DNA of 60,976 nucleotides from Octopus bimaculoides (taxonomy: Eukaryota). Shown here one piece after another: positions 36,465-48,264 of this stretch. The notes beneath the pieces were generated by a model. It had not been told where the DNA came from. It worked only from the letters and a program-made list of their open reading frames with translations, and did no database searches. A program made the position numbers and the translations under genes. The stretch covers positions 10,339,481 to 10,400,456 of the forward strand of contig NC_068982.1 in NCBI RefSeq assembly GCF_001194135.2, given 5' to 3'. Within the stretch, counting starts at the first letter, position 1. Each line of letters opens with the position of its first letter.

Positions 36465-38599
36465 AACCTTACCTGTACAGATATTCTATAGAATTTACAG
36501 ACAGCATCGATTTGTTACAACGTTTCGTACCCGAATACGTCTATCGTAAAGTTTGCGATTGAAGATGGGAAAACGGGTAAAAATAATTTTGAAAATGTAT
36601 CCCAAGATCAGGGATAATATAAAATCTCTATGCACGGAAATATCATGGTAGAAATGATAGTCGAATCTCCTTTAAATTACATACTGCTATCTTAAGAAAG
36701 GAAATTCGTCGCACTAAAGATTGTCGTTCACTGAATGGGTACGGCTAAATTGTCCTAAATGTTTGGGCATAATCAGGGCCGGGCTCACTACATAGAAAAA
36801 TAGATTGGTCGGAAAGTTTAATCATAGTTCTCGATTAGGGTTTGATCCAGGGTTGAAGAAAAACTATGAAGAACTCTCAGGTAGATTGCTTAAATTGCAT
36901 CCGAATAATCTTCAAATAAAAACGTCTGCCTTCAAATGGGATATATTGATAATGTGATAATTAGTACACTGTTTGGAAATAATGATATATTTCGTCCGGG
37001 AAGTGTATATCACTAAATAATTCGCAGAAGCAATGCGACAGAAAAGAGAAAACTATAAAACAGACGAGATAATCGAAAGGCTGTGTACTGACTAACTTGA
37101 CAGATCATTAAATCTACACTGCCAGTAAGTCACAATACATTTCATTTCCATACATCCTTTAATTCACCATGCATTAAATTTCAGGTGCACATCGGCAGAA
37201 ATATTACGCTTCAACTTTTGATTGTCAACTTAATTCAGCACCGTAGAACACCTACGTATCCGGGTTTTCTTACTGTTCTCTTTTAAATTTTGGTTATTTT
37301 AGGAGAAAAGAAAATTAAAAACCAAAATTTTAAAGATATTATAAATGCATACATACATATATACACACGCATGCACACACGCACACATTTAATATTTTGA
37401 ACTAATCGGTATACGTTCGTTAGTGTGTTGAAGTGTTGAGTAGAGCACTGGCGAAGTTTGGGCTGCCTGGTGTCTTCCGCAGTCGAGGTATATTTACGTT
37501 GGATCTCTGTCAGGAATTCTGCAGTGTTAGTTGAGATAATAATAATAATAATTAGGGAGTTTCCTAATCATTTCATATCATCAATTTCCAGTGTGCCCTT
37601 ATTATTTATTGCTCCTACACATCTGTCACAAATAAATTCTACTCTCCCTGTTAACTATTTTATTCATTAAAGAAACAAATCTATTCTAAATTTTGTCTGA
37701 TCTATTCGTAATCCTCTCGAAAACATATCGGTATGGGACTCGTACTTGTTTGTTTCCTGAATGCCAGTAGATTTGAAAGTTTGTATATAAAAAAATCGGT
37801 CGAGAAGGTAGTTATCTATTTACTAACCTACTTTACAACACTAACGTATTAATGTCCTTATAAAAGTTATAACGTATGTATTATCGATCTACATAAATCT
37901 TGTGTTGCGGAGCTATACTTTTTGTTTCCCACATCTTTGAAATTTAAGATGAGGATTTAAGTACATTTTTCATGTTTTTTAGTTTGTTTGAGACAACATG
38001 CTTTTAATGTACATGTTCCTCAATGCTTTTAATCTAGATATTTTAAGCCTATTTATACTTCGTTTATTGATCTCGCTTCTGGAAAAAACAAAGTTAGTAA
38101 TGACAGCAGAATATATGAGATCAAACAAGATAAATTAATCTAAAGGGAAACTTAATGGCAGCATTTTTTTAAAAAATAATAAGCAGAATATTGAAGATAA
38201 AATGTTACTTACGATTTGATATTTATCAATAATTTTTAACTCAATTGAGTTTATTGCGTACACAGGCTTTGAACGTTGAAATTATTGATCAGAGCTAAAA
38301 TCTGATGCAATATATGCAAAGTAGTTCTGCTACTTCAGACCTGATATACTAGGTCACTGTTAAGTTACCTTTTTATTTCTAGATATGAGATTTTTTTCTG
38401 CAAATCGATATTCATTGAGCTTCTTTGTAAGATTTCAAGTAAAAGATGGCTTTTGACGAATAGAAATATAAAAAACATACAATGTCCCAATTGGTTGTAT
38501 ATATTATCACATCTTAGAAGAGAACATGAAATATTCCAACATGTCTTTATTTACATTATTTACATTTGACGGATATTTGCCCTCATCTTGTTTGTTGTT

Positions 38600-38645
38600 A
38601 ACACAACGTTTCGGCTGATGTACTCTCCGGCCATCATCAGGTGTC
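38600..38645 (-). ncRNA. Minimal type I hammerhead ribozyme (PLE type)
   Basis: GACAC-CUGAUGA-U-GGCCG[loop]CAGCC-GAA-ACGU-U-GUGUU; intact core and stem I. Confidence 0.8.
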
Positions 38646-38692
38646 TTGGGGAAATTTCGAACCTGGGTTCTCATTCCTAAGATATTTTTCGA

Positions 38693-38757
<65 letters not shown>

Positions 38758-38862
38758 TCACTACTTGGAATCGAACTCGGAATCTTGGGGCTAGTAGCTC
38801 GCACTCTTAACCACTACGCCATATGCCCGTGAGATTGGCGTAGTGGTTAAGCAGTGACCTGA

Positions 38863-38898
<36 letters not shown>

Positions 38899-38940
38899 GT
38901 AATAATAATAATAATAATAATAATATCGAAATTTCCCCAA

Positions 38941-38983
38941 GACACCTGATGAAGGCTGGAGGGTATATCAGCCGAAACGTGTT
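38941..38983 (+). ncRNA. Hammerhead ribozyme with deleted cleavage site (probably inactive)
   Basis: GACAC-CUGAUGA-A-GGCUG..CAGCC-GAAACGU-GUU: 3-nt deletion places G at position 17 and shortens stem I. Confidence 0.6.
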
Positions 38984-39799
38984 AACAACAGACAAGATGA
39001 GGACAAATATCCGTCAAATGTAAATAATGTGCATAATGTACGTAATTCATGTCTTAAATATAGAACTCCAACATGTCGTGTCTGTAAACTAGAATAAAAT
39101 GTAGATGTGTAGCGATCCACACCTTTCCTATTGAATGGTTAACATGTAAGTCGTTTGGTAAATTGAGGTTAAGATTAAATGTATTCACTTGAAATAACTC
39201 CCTAAACATACATAGCTTCCATGCACCACAATACAAATATTTCTTCATAGATTCAATTTCTTTTTAGAAGGAAATGTTTCTTGTGAGAATGGGGCTATGA
39301 GTGATTAAGAAGTTTGATAGAGAAAAAGGATGTGTTTGTCTTTTTTGTTCGGTAATCCTTATGTTTTTGTGAGAGTTTTTTGCACTAAATCTTAAGCACA
39401 GAGAACTAAATAATCAGAATTCACAATTTAGATAATTTTCTGGCGAAATATTCTAGTAAAGACAGAATAATTTGGGCCAGTTAAGTAGGTTGTGATGTAT
39501 GGTCATTGGAGGTGAAAGGTGAACAAATGAGGTCAATATAGATGCGAATAGAAGTCGTATATCCATTTGTAAATGGAGGTGTCAGTATAACTAACTTTCC
39601 AGCGTTATTTCAAACAACATGTATCTTTTAGATAAACGAAACCATCTCCTCTTAATTTCATTTAGTCTTGGCTGATTTAGTATAATTGATCAAAGTCAGT
39701 TTTCGAATATAGGTCAGTAACGAATTTGTAGATAGGCTAATCCTATTTCAGAATATTAGTGTCATCTTGTCTGACCATTATTTGGGGGGTTTCATTGGC

Positions 39800-40130
39800 A
39801 CACAGATTTTTCGTCATGTTTTCGATGCTCATTGTGATATCCATCCTCAGCTTTTCAGATCCATAAGGTTACTACAAGGCATTATAGCTCTTATGAGTCT
39901 CGGATACGCGAATCAGTTTATCGTCTTGCTTTCCGAGGATGATGTCTCTTCGATTAACACGTTGCCCAGAAAATTAGTCGCATCCGAAAGACCAAAAGAT
40001 TTAAAGTGCCATCCATGCTGTCCTGTCCAGGATTACTTTCCATTTACCACATCTCATTCCCACCATCTTTCAATCATAACTTCATCGTTGCTTACTTGTC
40101 CAATGTTCTAATATGATTAAGGCATTTTGT
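39800..40130 (-). pseudogene. Helitron RepHel relic
   Basis: Minus: GQHGW(R)HF..NRRDIILGKQDDKLIRVSETHKSYNAL**P..EDGYH, matching RDIxL....L.RIsExHxSYDaLQYPL..GEDGW. Confidence 0.65.
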
Positions 40131-40324
40131 CTCGAACATGAAATTAAATGAGATACAAAATCGTCAACTCGATCATGAAACTGTCAAAACGGCGTCCATG
40201 TATTGATAGTCACTTTTTATGAAAAGAATACTCGACCCGTTACCATAGTTCTCTGTCGATATTTAACAGAAGAGATGTTACATTTATATCTAAATCTGTG
40301 TATATATTATTAAACAATCCTTTC

Positions 40325-40528
40325 TACTATTGGCGCCACGGTTTGAAACTCGGGGGCGGAATAAATGGCATCTACCCCAGAAGTCGACTGGCACTTATGT
40401 TATCGACCTCGAAGGGCTGATAGGAAATGTCGACCTCGGGGAAATTTGATCATGGAATGTAAAGCCGGATGAAATGCCACTAAGCGTTTTGGCTGTCATA
40501 CTAACAACTCAGTCAGATCGCCGCCCTT
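40325..40528 (-). mobile_element. SINE family A, diverged
   Basis: CTGGCACTTATGTTATCGACCTCGAAGGG..GTCGACCTCGG.. Confidence 0.65.
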
Positions 40529-41784
40529 ATACATTATTAAACAATGACGAGCAAATCAGCCTATACAACAAACGTTAACCTGTCTCATAAAGATAGATGA
40601 ATTGATTCCCTTACAAGCCTCATATGCCACATGACCTAAGTAGCTGAATGTCTTTTGAGTATTATTCAATAAACGTTTTTAAGAGATTAATAACCATGTC
40701 TTCTGTGCTTCAATTTGTTTTTGTTGACTTCAGAATCAAGTTATTTATTCTGCATTCTCAAACATCACAATTAAATTTGGGTCCATTATAGTTGTGCTTA
40801 TGAACAGACTGATCTATTAACTTGAAGCTTGCAACAAGCATTCATGTAGTTAAAGACCAAATTATATTTACATGGAATTTTGTGGATAAATTCACAGTAA
40901 TTTACATCCTGCATTACTTGCTAATTTAAAAGTACTATAAACTTTCGACAAATTTTGCCATCGATTAATATTTCCATTTCAAGCATCCTTCCTTCATCCG
41001 ATATTCTACTTCATATTTACAAAATTATGTTTTCAATGATTCTATACTGAAGTTACTTTTATTACAGAAACAAATCAAATAAGATTTATTAAACTTTTAG
41101 ACCATTTCTGAAATAGATTTCAATCCACTTAATACTGTTCGCTGCACACACATATTTTTTTTTAAATAACTTTGTATTATCGAGAAAATATAAGTGAATT
41201 TTGTTTGAAAATATTTACTACAGAAACCGTATGTCTGCAGCAATTTAGTTTCAATGGTTGAGATTTTAAATGCGATATTCTATTGTGGGTAGATGGAACA
41301 TGTGTTGACAAAAAATATCCACACACTTAGACATCAAACACCTAAATGGTATACAATTATGTCTGACGAACTGGAAAGAAAAGATTTAAAAAAATAAGTG
41401 TAATAAAAAAACTGATTCAAAGAAATGTAGAAAAATTCTGAACCAAACGTTTGCGCTACACCAATATCAAATGGATATGGATCGAATCCAGCGAGTCATG
41501 ATGGAGTAACTAGAATTTGCTAAGAACACGGATATATTCTTACAGCTGAAACTAGCACTCTTTGAAGCCCAGGAAAATAGGCGTTCAGCTAAAACTTGCG
41601 ACTAAAGAGAAAAGGGATTAAGAAGAAGAAAAAAGTACGAAAACCGAGGACATTTGATAGTAACTAATCTTGTAACTGAGTTAGAAACACGCAGAGCAAC
41701 AGCGTTTAGCAAAATGATTCAAAATTGGGTGAGAAGTTCCACTGAGGCAGTAAAGCAAATGGAATAGCAATTCATGTCGGAAGA

Positions 41785-41915
41785 AAAGACGATGATGACG
41801 ATGACGATGGTGATGATCATCATGATCATGATGATTATGATGATGAATCTGACGACGTCGACGATGATGTTGATGACTATGATGATGATGAGGATGATGA
41901 TGATGACGATGACCA
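41785..41915. repeat. (GAT/GAC)n microsatellite
   Basis: Direct reading; explains the poly-His/poly-Ile ORFs. Confidence 0.9.
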
Positions 41916-42059
41916 CGAATTTGTGAGTGGAACAGTAAAAATATGCAAGATTTTTCCCTAGTTCCGAATGTGAATTTATCTGTGTTAATTACATCCCAAA
42001 GATGGAGCCTTGTATCTTTGTTGGAAACCGACTCACTCCTCAGTGGGAGATTTGTAATC

Positions 42060-42450
42060 TCATTCAAACATCGAGCGTGCTGACATAACTAAGGTGATGC
42101 AGATGGTCTTTTAACACTCGGTTTGGATACACACAGAATATCTGCGATCATTCGAGTGGTATAACGGGGGCAAGGTTTCGTTATTCAGCTTAGATTGCTG
42201 GACAAGAGTGAGGTGCATATTCAACTGAAAAACTTCCTGATCGAAATCTTGAAAAAAACCTCTTCTGGGACACACGTTTCCAAACAGCATCCTTTTTTCA
42301 GACTCGAGCTAGCTACTTATTAACGTACTGGAAGTTTTGTGTCGACAAAACCCAAACGGACTTTTGACCAATCCAATATATAAGTAGTCATTACAACTGA
42401 GAACTAAAAGTTGCTTCTGTCTAAGAAAATGTTTCCTAAATTTAATTCCG
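42060..42450 (-). pseudogene. Old mariner transposase N-terminal relic
   Basis: Minus: FFSRFRSGSFSVEYAPHSCPAI..KDHLHHLSYVSTLDV*M, similar to FARFRSGNFSVEDAPRSGRP..HLHxLGYVSRLDVWVP. Confidence 0.55.
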
Positions 42451-43699
42451 TCTCGACTTCTATGAAAATATTTGTAATACAAAATGCAGACAATCTATCC
42501 TCCATTATTCTTTACTAGTTCATATGTAACGCGGGTGCACTGAATAAATGAATGAAAAGCTATATATTAGCCATTTCATATAGCAATGGCTAACATACAG
42601 ACTAAAACATCAGCCGTTAGATTTCAATAATTATATATATTGTAAATATTCCTTTATCTAAAAGTATGGTATCCAGCAGCCGATTATAAATTACTTTTGA
42701 CAGTGGACATTTTATTCGTTCCATACGCATGTCTTTTAGATGCAGAATGGACAGGTGCATAAAACGTTGAACTGCCAATTGATGCAATGTAAGTTCAATG
42801 TACTGGTTCCAATTTGATTATGTACATAGCACATCATTCTATATTGATTCACTTCACTCAGCTTTTAAGAATAAAACTACTAGTCTCTGGTAATAAAAGA
42901 CTAACTCTTCTCTAAGGGATTATTGATCTAGTATGTTCTATTGCATTTATCGAGGACCGGCTCTAATATTAGTTCAAGATTAGATTTATACTTATGAGAA
43001 TTATTTTTATATATTCTTATTGCGTTTGCATATTTTTTCAACTGCAGTGCATCGTCACTGCAGCATTTGCGTTTTTCAGGCAGTATCCGATTCTGTCATC
43101 AGAATTTCTTTCTGCTCAAATGGTTTTCGTCTCTCTCTGACTTTTAGTGCATTGTAAATTGCAATGAATGAAATTTTATGGTGATGAAAGGCAATTTAAT
43201 AGGTGCGGGTTATGGTATTCTGACATTCATTATTATTATTATTATTATTATGTATGAAGAGCAATGCTGTTTCGATTCTTCAGCATGAGAGACCTTGGTG
43301 CAATGTGTTCAAAATTGCTACGTTTTCTGAATGATTAAAGAGAAAAGCTGTATACGTATGTGTGTATGTATGTATGCATGCATGCATGTATGTATGTATG
43401 TATGTATGTATGTATGTATGTANNNNNNNNNNNNNNNNNNNNNNNNNNNNNNNNNNNNNNNNNNNNNNNNNNNNNNNNNTATATATATATATATATGTAC
43501 GTATATATACCTACATACGTGCTATTATGATGCTAAATACGTGCAGATTACTGGGGCTCCGAGGTTATAGCCGAGACAGTACTTATGGAGGCATTGCAGT
43601 TTTCCGATGCAGCGGATATATAATTGTTAAACAGGATGTCAAACATTAAGGCAAGGAAAACATCTCAAGTCATATACAATATTATTACAGGGATAAATT

Positions 43700-43760
43700 C
43701 AAAATCTTACAGCTGTTTCTGGGATATCCTCGAGTATGGGATATACCGTCATCAGAGACA
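43700..43760 (-). ncRNA. Minimal type I hammerhead ribozyme, second family
   Basis: GUCU-CUGAUGA-CGGUAUAUCC[CAUACUCGA]GGAUAUCCCA-GAA-ACAGCUGU-A-AGAU: 8/10-bp stem II, palindromic stem III ACAGCUGU, predicted cleavage after GUA. Confidence 0.7.
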
Positions 43761-44697
43761 AATAGGGGAAAAATATGGAAAATTGAATGGTGTATATCAA
43801 AACGATGACAACATAGAAGAAGGGAGTAAAAGAATAAGATGGAAAAAGATGAAAAAAAAAGGCGTAAAAGTTTATAGTTCATCTTTCCGAAGCTATAGAA
43901 ACCAAAGCATGAGTCCTTAGGTGCAATCCTGCGTAGATCCATGAGTGTAACTGTTTGGGTGCAATCCTGCTTATATCCATGTGGGTTAAAGTCCTTATGC
44001 AGTAGACCCCCCCCCCCCAACAAAAAAGACGCGAACATATCAACGTTCAATAACAGAATGGTAGCGGATGTGGCTGTTAATTGGTAAAAGTAAAGAAAAG
44101 AAAAGAAACAGAAACAGGGGTGGATAGAGTGGATTAGGGTGGGGGGTTAAGGATTGGTTATATGATAAAGTGAAAGTTGTGTATGGGGTAGCCGAGAAGA
44201 TAAGAGAGAGGATGAGGAGGTAGACAAAGATAGGGTAAAAAAATAATAAAATAATAGGGTAAAAACATAGAGCAAAATGAAAGGAATTTAAAGAGAGTAG
44301 CAGATGTCTGGTAGTTTCAAAGTCAAATGTTCTTGGGGAGGAAATTTGGTAGTAATTGCTTGTGTCCGTCCTGGCTAAGGACAGTAGCTTTAGAGTTATT
44401 TTTAGCAATGGAGGTGTGTGTGCGTAGGTACACGAGAAAGGAAGAGCTAGCTGAATATTGAATTATTTATGAGTGGGAGTTAAAGTTGGGGGTTCATATT
44501 AGAGGATTTTGGGGGGTTACGGTTTAAAATAAATTAAGGAGAAATTAAAGAATTACTATTTATCTCATAGTGTGATGAAGTACGGTAGATAGATATGAAG
44601 TAAGACATAAGAAAGAAATAAGAGATATAGAAGGGGTATGTACATAGGTTCCATTAATGGGGTGAGCTTACATTTAGATTTATGAAAGAATTCTGTC

Positions 44698-44761
44698 ACA
44701 AATTCTTGATGTCAGAATATCCCATACTCGAGGATACCCCAGAAACCGCTGCAAGATTTTG
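44698..44761 (+). ncRNA. Degenerate copy of the second-family hammerhead
   Basis: CAAATTCT-TGATGT..AATATCC[CATACTCGA]GGATACCCCA-GAAACCGCTGC-AAGATTTTG; core mutated. Confidence 0.45.
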
Positions 44762-44895
44762 ATTTTCTTCCTGTAATAATATTGTAGATGACTTGAGATG
44801 TTTGCCTTGCCTTAATATTTGACGTCGTGTTTAACAATTATATATATATATATATNNNNNNNNNNNNNNNNNNNNNNNNNNNNNNNNNNATATAG

Positions 44896-44933
<38 letters not shown>

Positions 44934-46724
44934 ATGTGTGTGTGTGTGTGTGTGTGTGTATACAGAGAGAGAGAGAGACAGACAGAGACAGAGAAAGAGA
45001 GGTGAAGATAGATAGATAAACACAGACAGACAGACAGATGTGAAGTAGAATCAAGTGGAACATTTATTAAAATGTGACAAAATTCAAACAAAGTGATTTC
45101 CAGTTACTTAATTATAAATTTTACAAAATACAAGTTTAGCCACTAATTTTGGGAGAAGAATACACTCTATTAAACTGAAAGCATTAAGAATTATTCTTAT
45201 TCCTGCGAAGAATAAAGAAATTCTTCAGAAATGATATATATTTCGGCACATAGATAATGGTTATTTCGACCACATTCCTCACTTGTGACCAACATATTAC
45301 AAAATCTTCAGTAATAAGTTCAATGAGTTATTACCGTTTCGTCTAATAGCTGTGATGGAGAGAGCATTGAATTTCATTCTTGCACCGTTGGCAGTATACT
45401 AGACCAGAATTGCTAAACACTTTCCGTTAATTGTTTATGAATTGATTTGAAGAGAAACGATATAATTAACTCTGGTAATATCCTAATCAGCCCCCTTCAA
45501 CACCATAGTTTCGCCTACCCTCATCATCTTCATCATCATCATTAGCAATTAAAATTTTCGTCATACGGGCACCCATATTTGTCTGCTGTTCTAGGCGTTA
45601 AATCTTCTCGTTAACTTTCTAACGCAAACATTAATTTTCATTTTGATCTTCACATTGATTTTCTTCATTATTTCTTCCATATAAACTCCTAGCATTCCTC
45701 TTCCCTATTTCTATAACTGGGCAGAGTATCATAGTATCTGATACATTTTTGTTACGTAGCCATGTTTTGCTATGGCGTCTTCCGTACGTCTAGTTGTCCT
45801 TCTGGCAAGAAACCGAGTAAAATTGAATGACGATTTTAACGATAATAAATATTTAATGCTCTAAATTGTTATCCTCTCCCACAATCCTGACATTCATTTA
45901 ATATTTTAATTGCTTCCTCTTATATTCCCTCATCTGTTGAACTTTATTAAAAAGTATCTTTATTCGCTCTTCAGGTTTCACTGATACAAAAATAACTGTT
46001 AGTACTTCAGATTATATTGACGCAGATCGAAAGCATTGTAGTAAAACGAGTTGATCGATTTTTATTTCCGTTCTCTTGCTATAAAGTTGAGATATTTTCT
46101 GAATATATTCTATTTTTATTTGCCGCGCCTGGAAAAAAAAATATTTTCCAAAACAGAGTACAAGTAGTATATAATTAATGGAAGATAAGGATTCTGACGG
46201 TGTTTGAAATGGCATTTTTTGAGGAGGCAAGGAGGAAGAGAGAAAGAAAGGAAGGATGCGTATATATATATGTATTTATACACTGCATCAGGTGAAGTAT
46301 TGAATGACTACACATTCATTTCTAAGCAGTAATACGTATACGCGTGGTGTGTGTGTATATGCGTCTTTGAGTTTGCTTGTTTGTGTTTCTCTGTGTGTTT
46401 GTATGTGTGCAATGTCAACTACTTCAATGTTCATGACTATTTACAAAATGTTTTTCTATCCACTGAAACTTTACTTCCATAGTCATTCCACTGATCTTTA
46501 TCAAAGACGATATCGTTGCATATTTTTTCAACTCTAATAGATGGCCATTCATATTTAATTCAAGTGTATGGAATCGTTTCCCTTTTAACATGTATATCTT
46601 TCCATTATTATTATTATTATTCAGTAGTTTTATTTTTATAGCGTTCTTTCACTTCACTACCGAGCACAGCTCTGTGTTCCTTGGTTATGTGCTGTGGTTT
46701 GCTGTGATGCTCTTATGGTTACTT

Positions 46725-46745
46725 TATTATTATTATTATTATTAC

Positions 46746-46811
<66 letters not shown>
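46725..46811. repeat. (TAT)n microsatellite
   Basis: Direct reading. Confidence 0.95.
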
Positions 46812-46814
<3 letters not shown>

Positions 46815-46816
<2 letters not shown>

Positions 46817-47028
46817 TACCGATCTAGCACAATTGTTAGCGCGCCAGACGAAATAGTTAAGCGGTATTTCGCCCTTCACTACGTTCTGAGATCAAATTCC
46901 GCCGTGGTTGACTTTGATTTTCATCCTTTCGGGGTTGATTAAATAAGTACCAGTTACGCACTGGAGTCAATGTAATCGACCTCATCTCTTCCCCAAAATT
47001 TGAGGCCTTGTGCTTCCAGTAGAAAGGA
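46815..47028 (+). mobile_element. SINE family A (tail type 1)
   Basis: Core and tail ..GAGGCCTTGTGCTTCCAGTAGAAAGG. Confidence 0.8.
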
Positions 47029-47392
47029 TTATTACCTCCGCCTTATCGGAGGCGGAGGTATTGTTTTCAATTGTGTTTGTTTCTCCGTGGACAAGATATC
47101 TCAAGAACCGCTGGATGGAATCGGAGGAAACTTTCAGGGATGTTTGGCCTCATGACAGGCACAAACTGATTAGATTTTCGGATCGATCCATTACCAGACA
47201 AGGATTCTGGATTATTTTTCTGATCTTTTTACTTAATTCTTGAGAGCAGTCGGGTTCTTTTTTAGCATTCTCGTTTGTGAGAGCAGTCGAGTTTGTGTCA
47301 GATATTCTCATTTTAAAAACCATCTCCGGCTAATCATTCAGAGGACGCTGGTGTTGCCTTGGCGGAGGTTTGCGCTCGCTGAGTGATCTTGT
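47029..47392 (+). mobile_element. Helentron-associated non-autonomous element (HINE)
   Basis: 5' CCTCCGCC-TTATCGGA-GGCGGAGG hairpin; 3' GGCGGAGGT subterminal inverted repeat plus hairpin; homologous to 22887-23217. Confidence 0.72.
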
Positions 47393-47400
47393 TATTATTA

Positions 47401-47446
<46 letters not shown>

Positions 47447-47451
47447 CATAA

Positions 47452-47662
47452 TTGCGGTGAGCTGGCAGAATTGTTAGCACGCTGGGTGAAATGCCACGTG
47501 ACATTTGTCCCTTTTAAGTTCTGAGTTCAAATTCCGCGGAGGTAGACTTTGCTTTCCTCCTTTCGGGGTCGATAAAATAAATACCACTGCAACATTGGGT
47601 TCGATGTAATCGACTGTTCCCCTCCCCCAAATTACAAGGGTTTTGCCTTTAGTAGAAAGAAT
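47452..47662 (+). mobile_element. SINE family A
   Basis: GCGGTGAGCTGGCAG head, core and tail. Confidence 0.8.
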
Positions 47663-48024
47663 CTCATAATAATTATGCTTGTTCCTCCGTTACTTAGCCC
47701 ACGTAATTTGAACGTAAAAATGGATGAAATACTCCTAAGCACTTTGTCCGGCGAGCCAACGATTCTTCCAACTTGTCACCTATTCATGTTCGATTATTTA
47801 TACTCATATGTAACGCTTCATGTAAATAGATGTTCGTCCAACACGACTTCTATGATATTTCTCCTCTTCGTCGAACCATTATGAATGTAGCTATTGGTGT
47901 GTGTGTGGTCTTTCGTATGCTCCTGGATAATATCATTTGCAAGCTTCAAACTAAAGCACGGGTTCCACGAGATAAACACTGATTCTGTTATAATCGTATG
48001 ACCTTCACAAAGCCAATTGCATCT

Positions 48025-48190
48025 CTTTCCCCCCCCCCACCTCACTGAATTACACATATGACTCATTTTTGCCAGCTGAGTGAACTGGAGTAACGTGAAA
48101 TGAAGTGTCTTGCTCAAGGACACAATGCGATGCCGTGGACCGAACTTGCGACCTTTGCGATCGTAAGCTGAACAGCCTGGCCTCTAAGCT
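48025..48190 (-). mobile_element. tRNA-derived SINE with CORE-like domain (family F)
   Basis: Minus: ..GCAAGTTCGGTCC..GTGTCCTTGAGCAAGACACTTCATTTCACGTTACTCCAGTTCACTCAGCTGGCAAAAATGAGT. Confidence 0.65.
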
Positions 48191-48264
48191 ACGCACGGCC
48201 TCCCGCCTGGTGGTTAGGCAGAGGAGGGGGAGGAGAGCGTTATTTTCGCTGAACTGTGAGTGGA

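Larger units (their letters stand above)
38546..39066. mobile_element. HHR-SINE (family D) locus 3: inverted dimer
   Basis: 11-bp TSD TCCAACATGTC at 38535-38545 and 39067-39077; minus arm 38546-38831 (full head, B-box at 38776-38767, short tail); plus arm 38836-39066 (deleted head, long tail). Confidence 0.9.
43616..44845 (-). mobile_element. Probable PLE remnant with inverted, HHR-bearing terminal arms
   Basis: About 140-bp inverted repeats (43616-43755 vs 44706-44845), each running from an HHR core to ..TTTAACAATTATATA; pyrimidine-rich tract upstream of the left HHR on the minus strand. Confidence 0.7.

Noticed and set aside
41681-42067. His-rich 128-aa ORF
   Set aside because: Produced by the (GAT)n microsatellite; flanks overlap a mariner relic.
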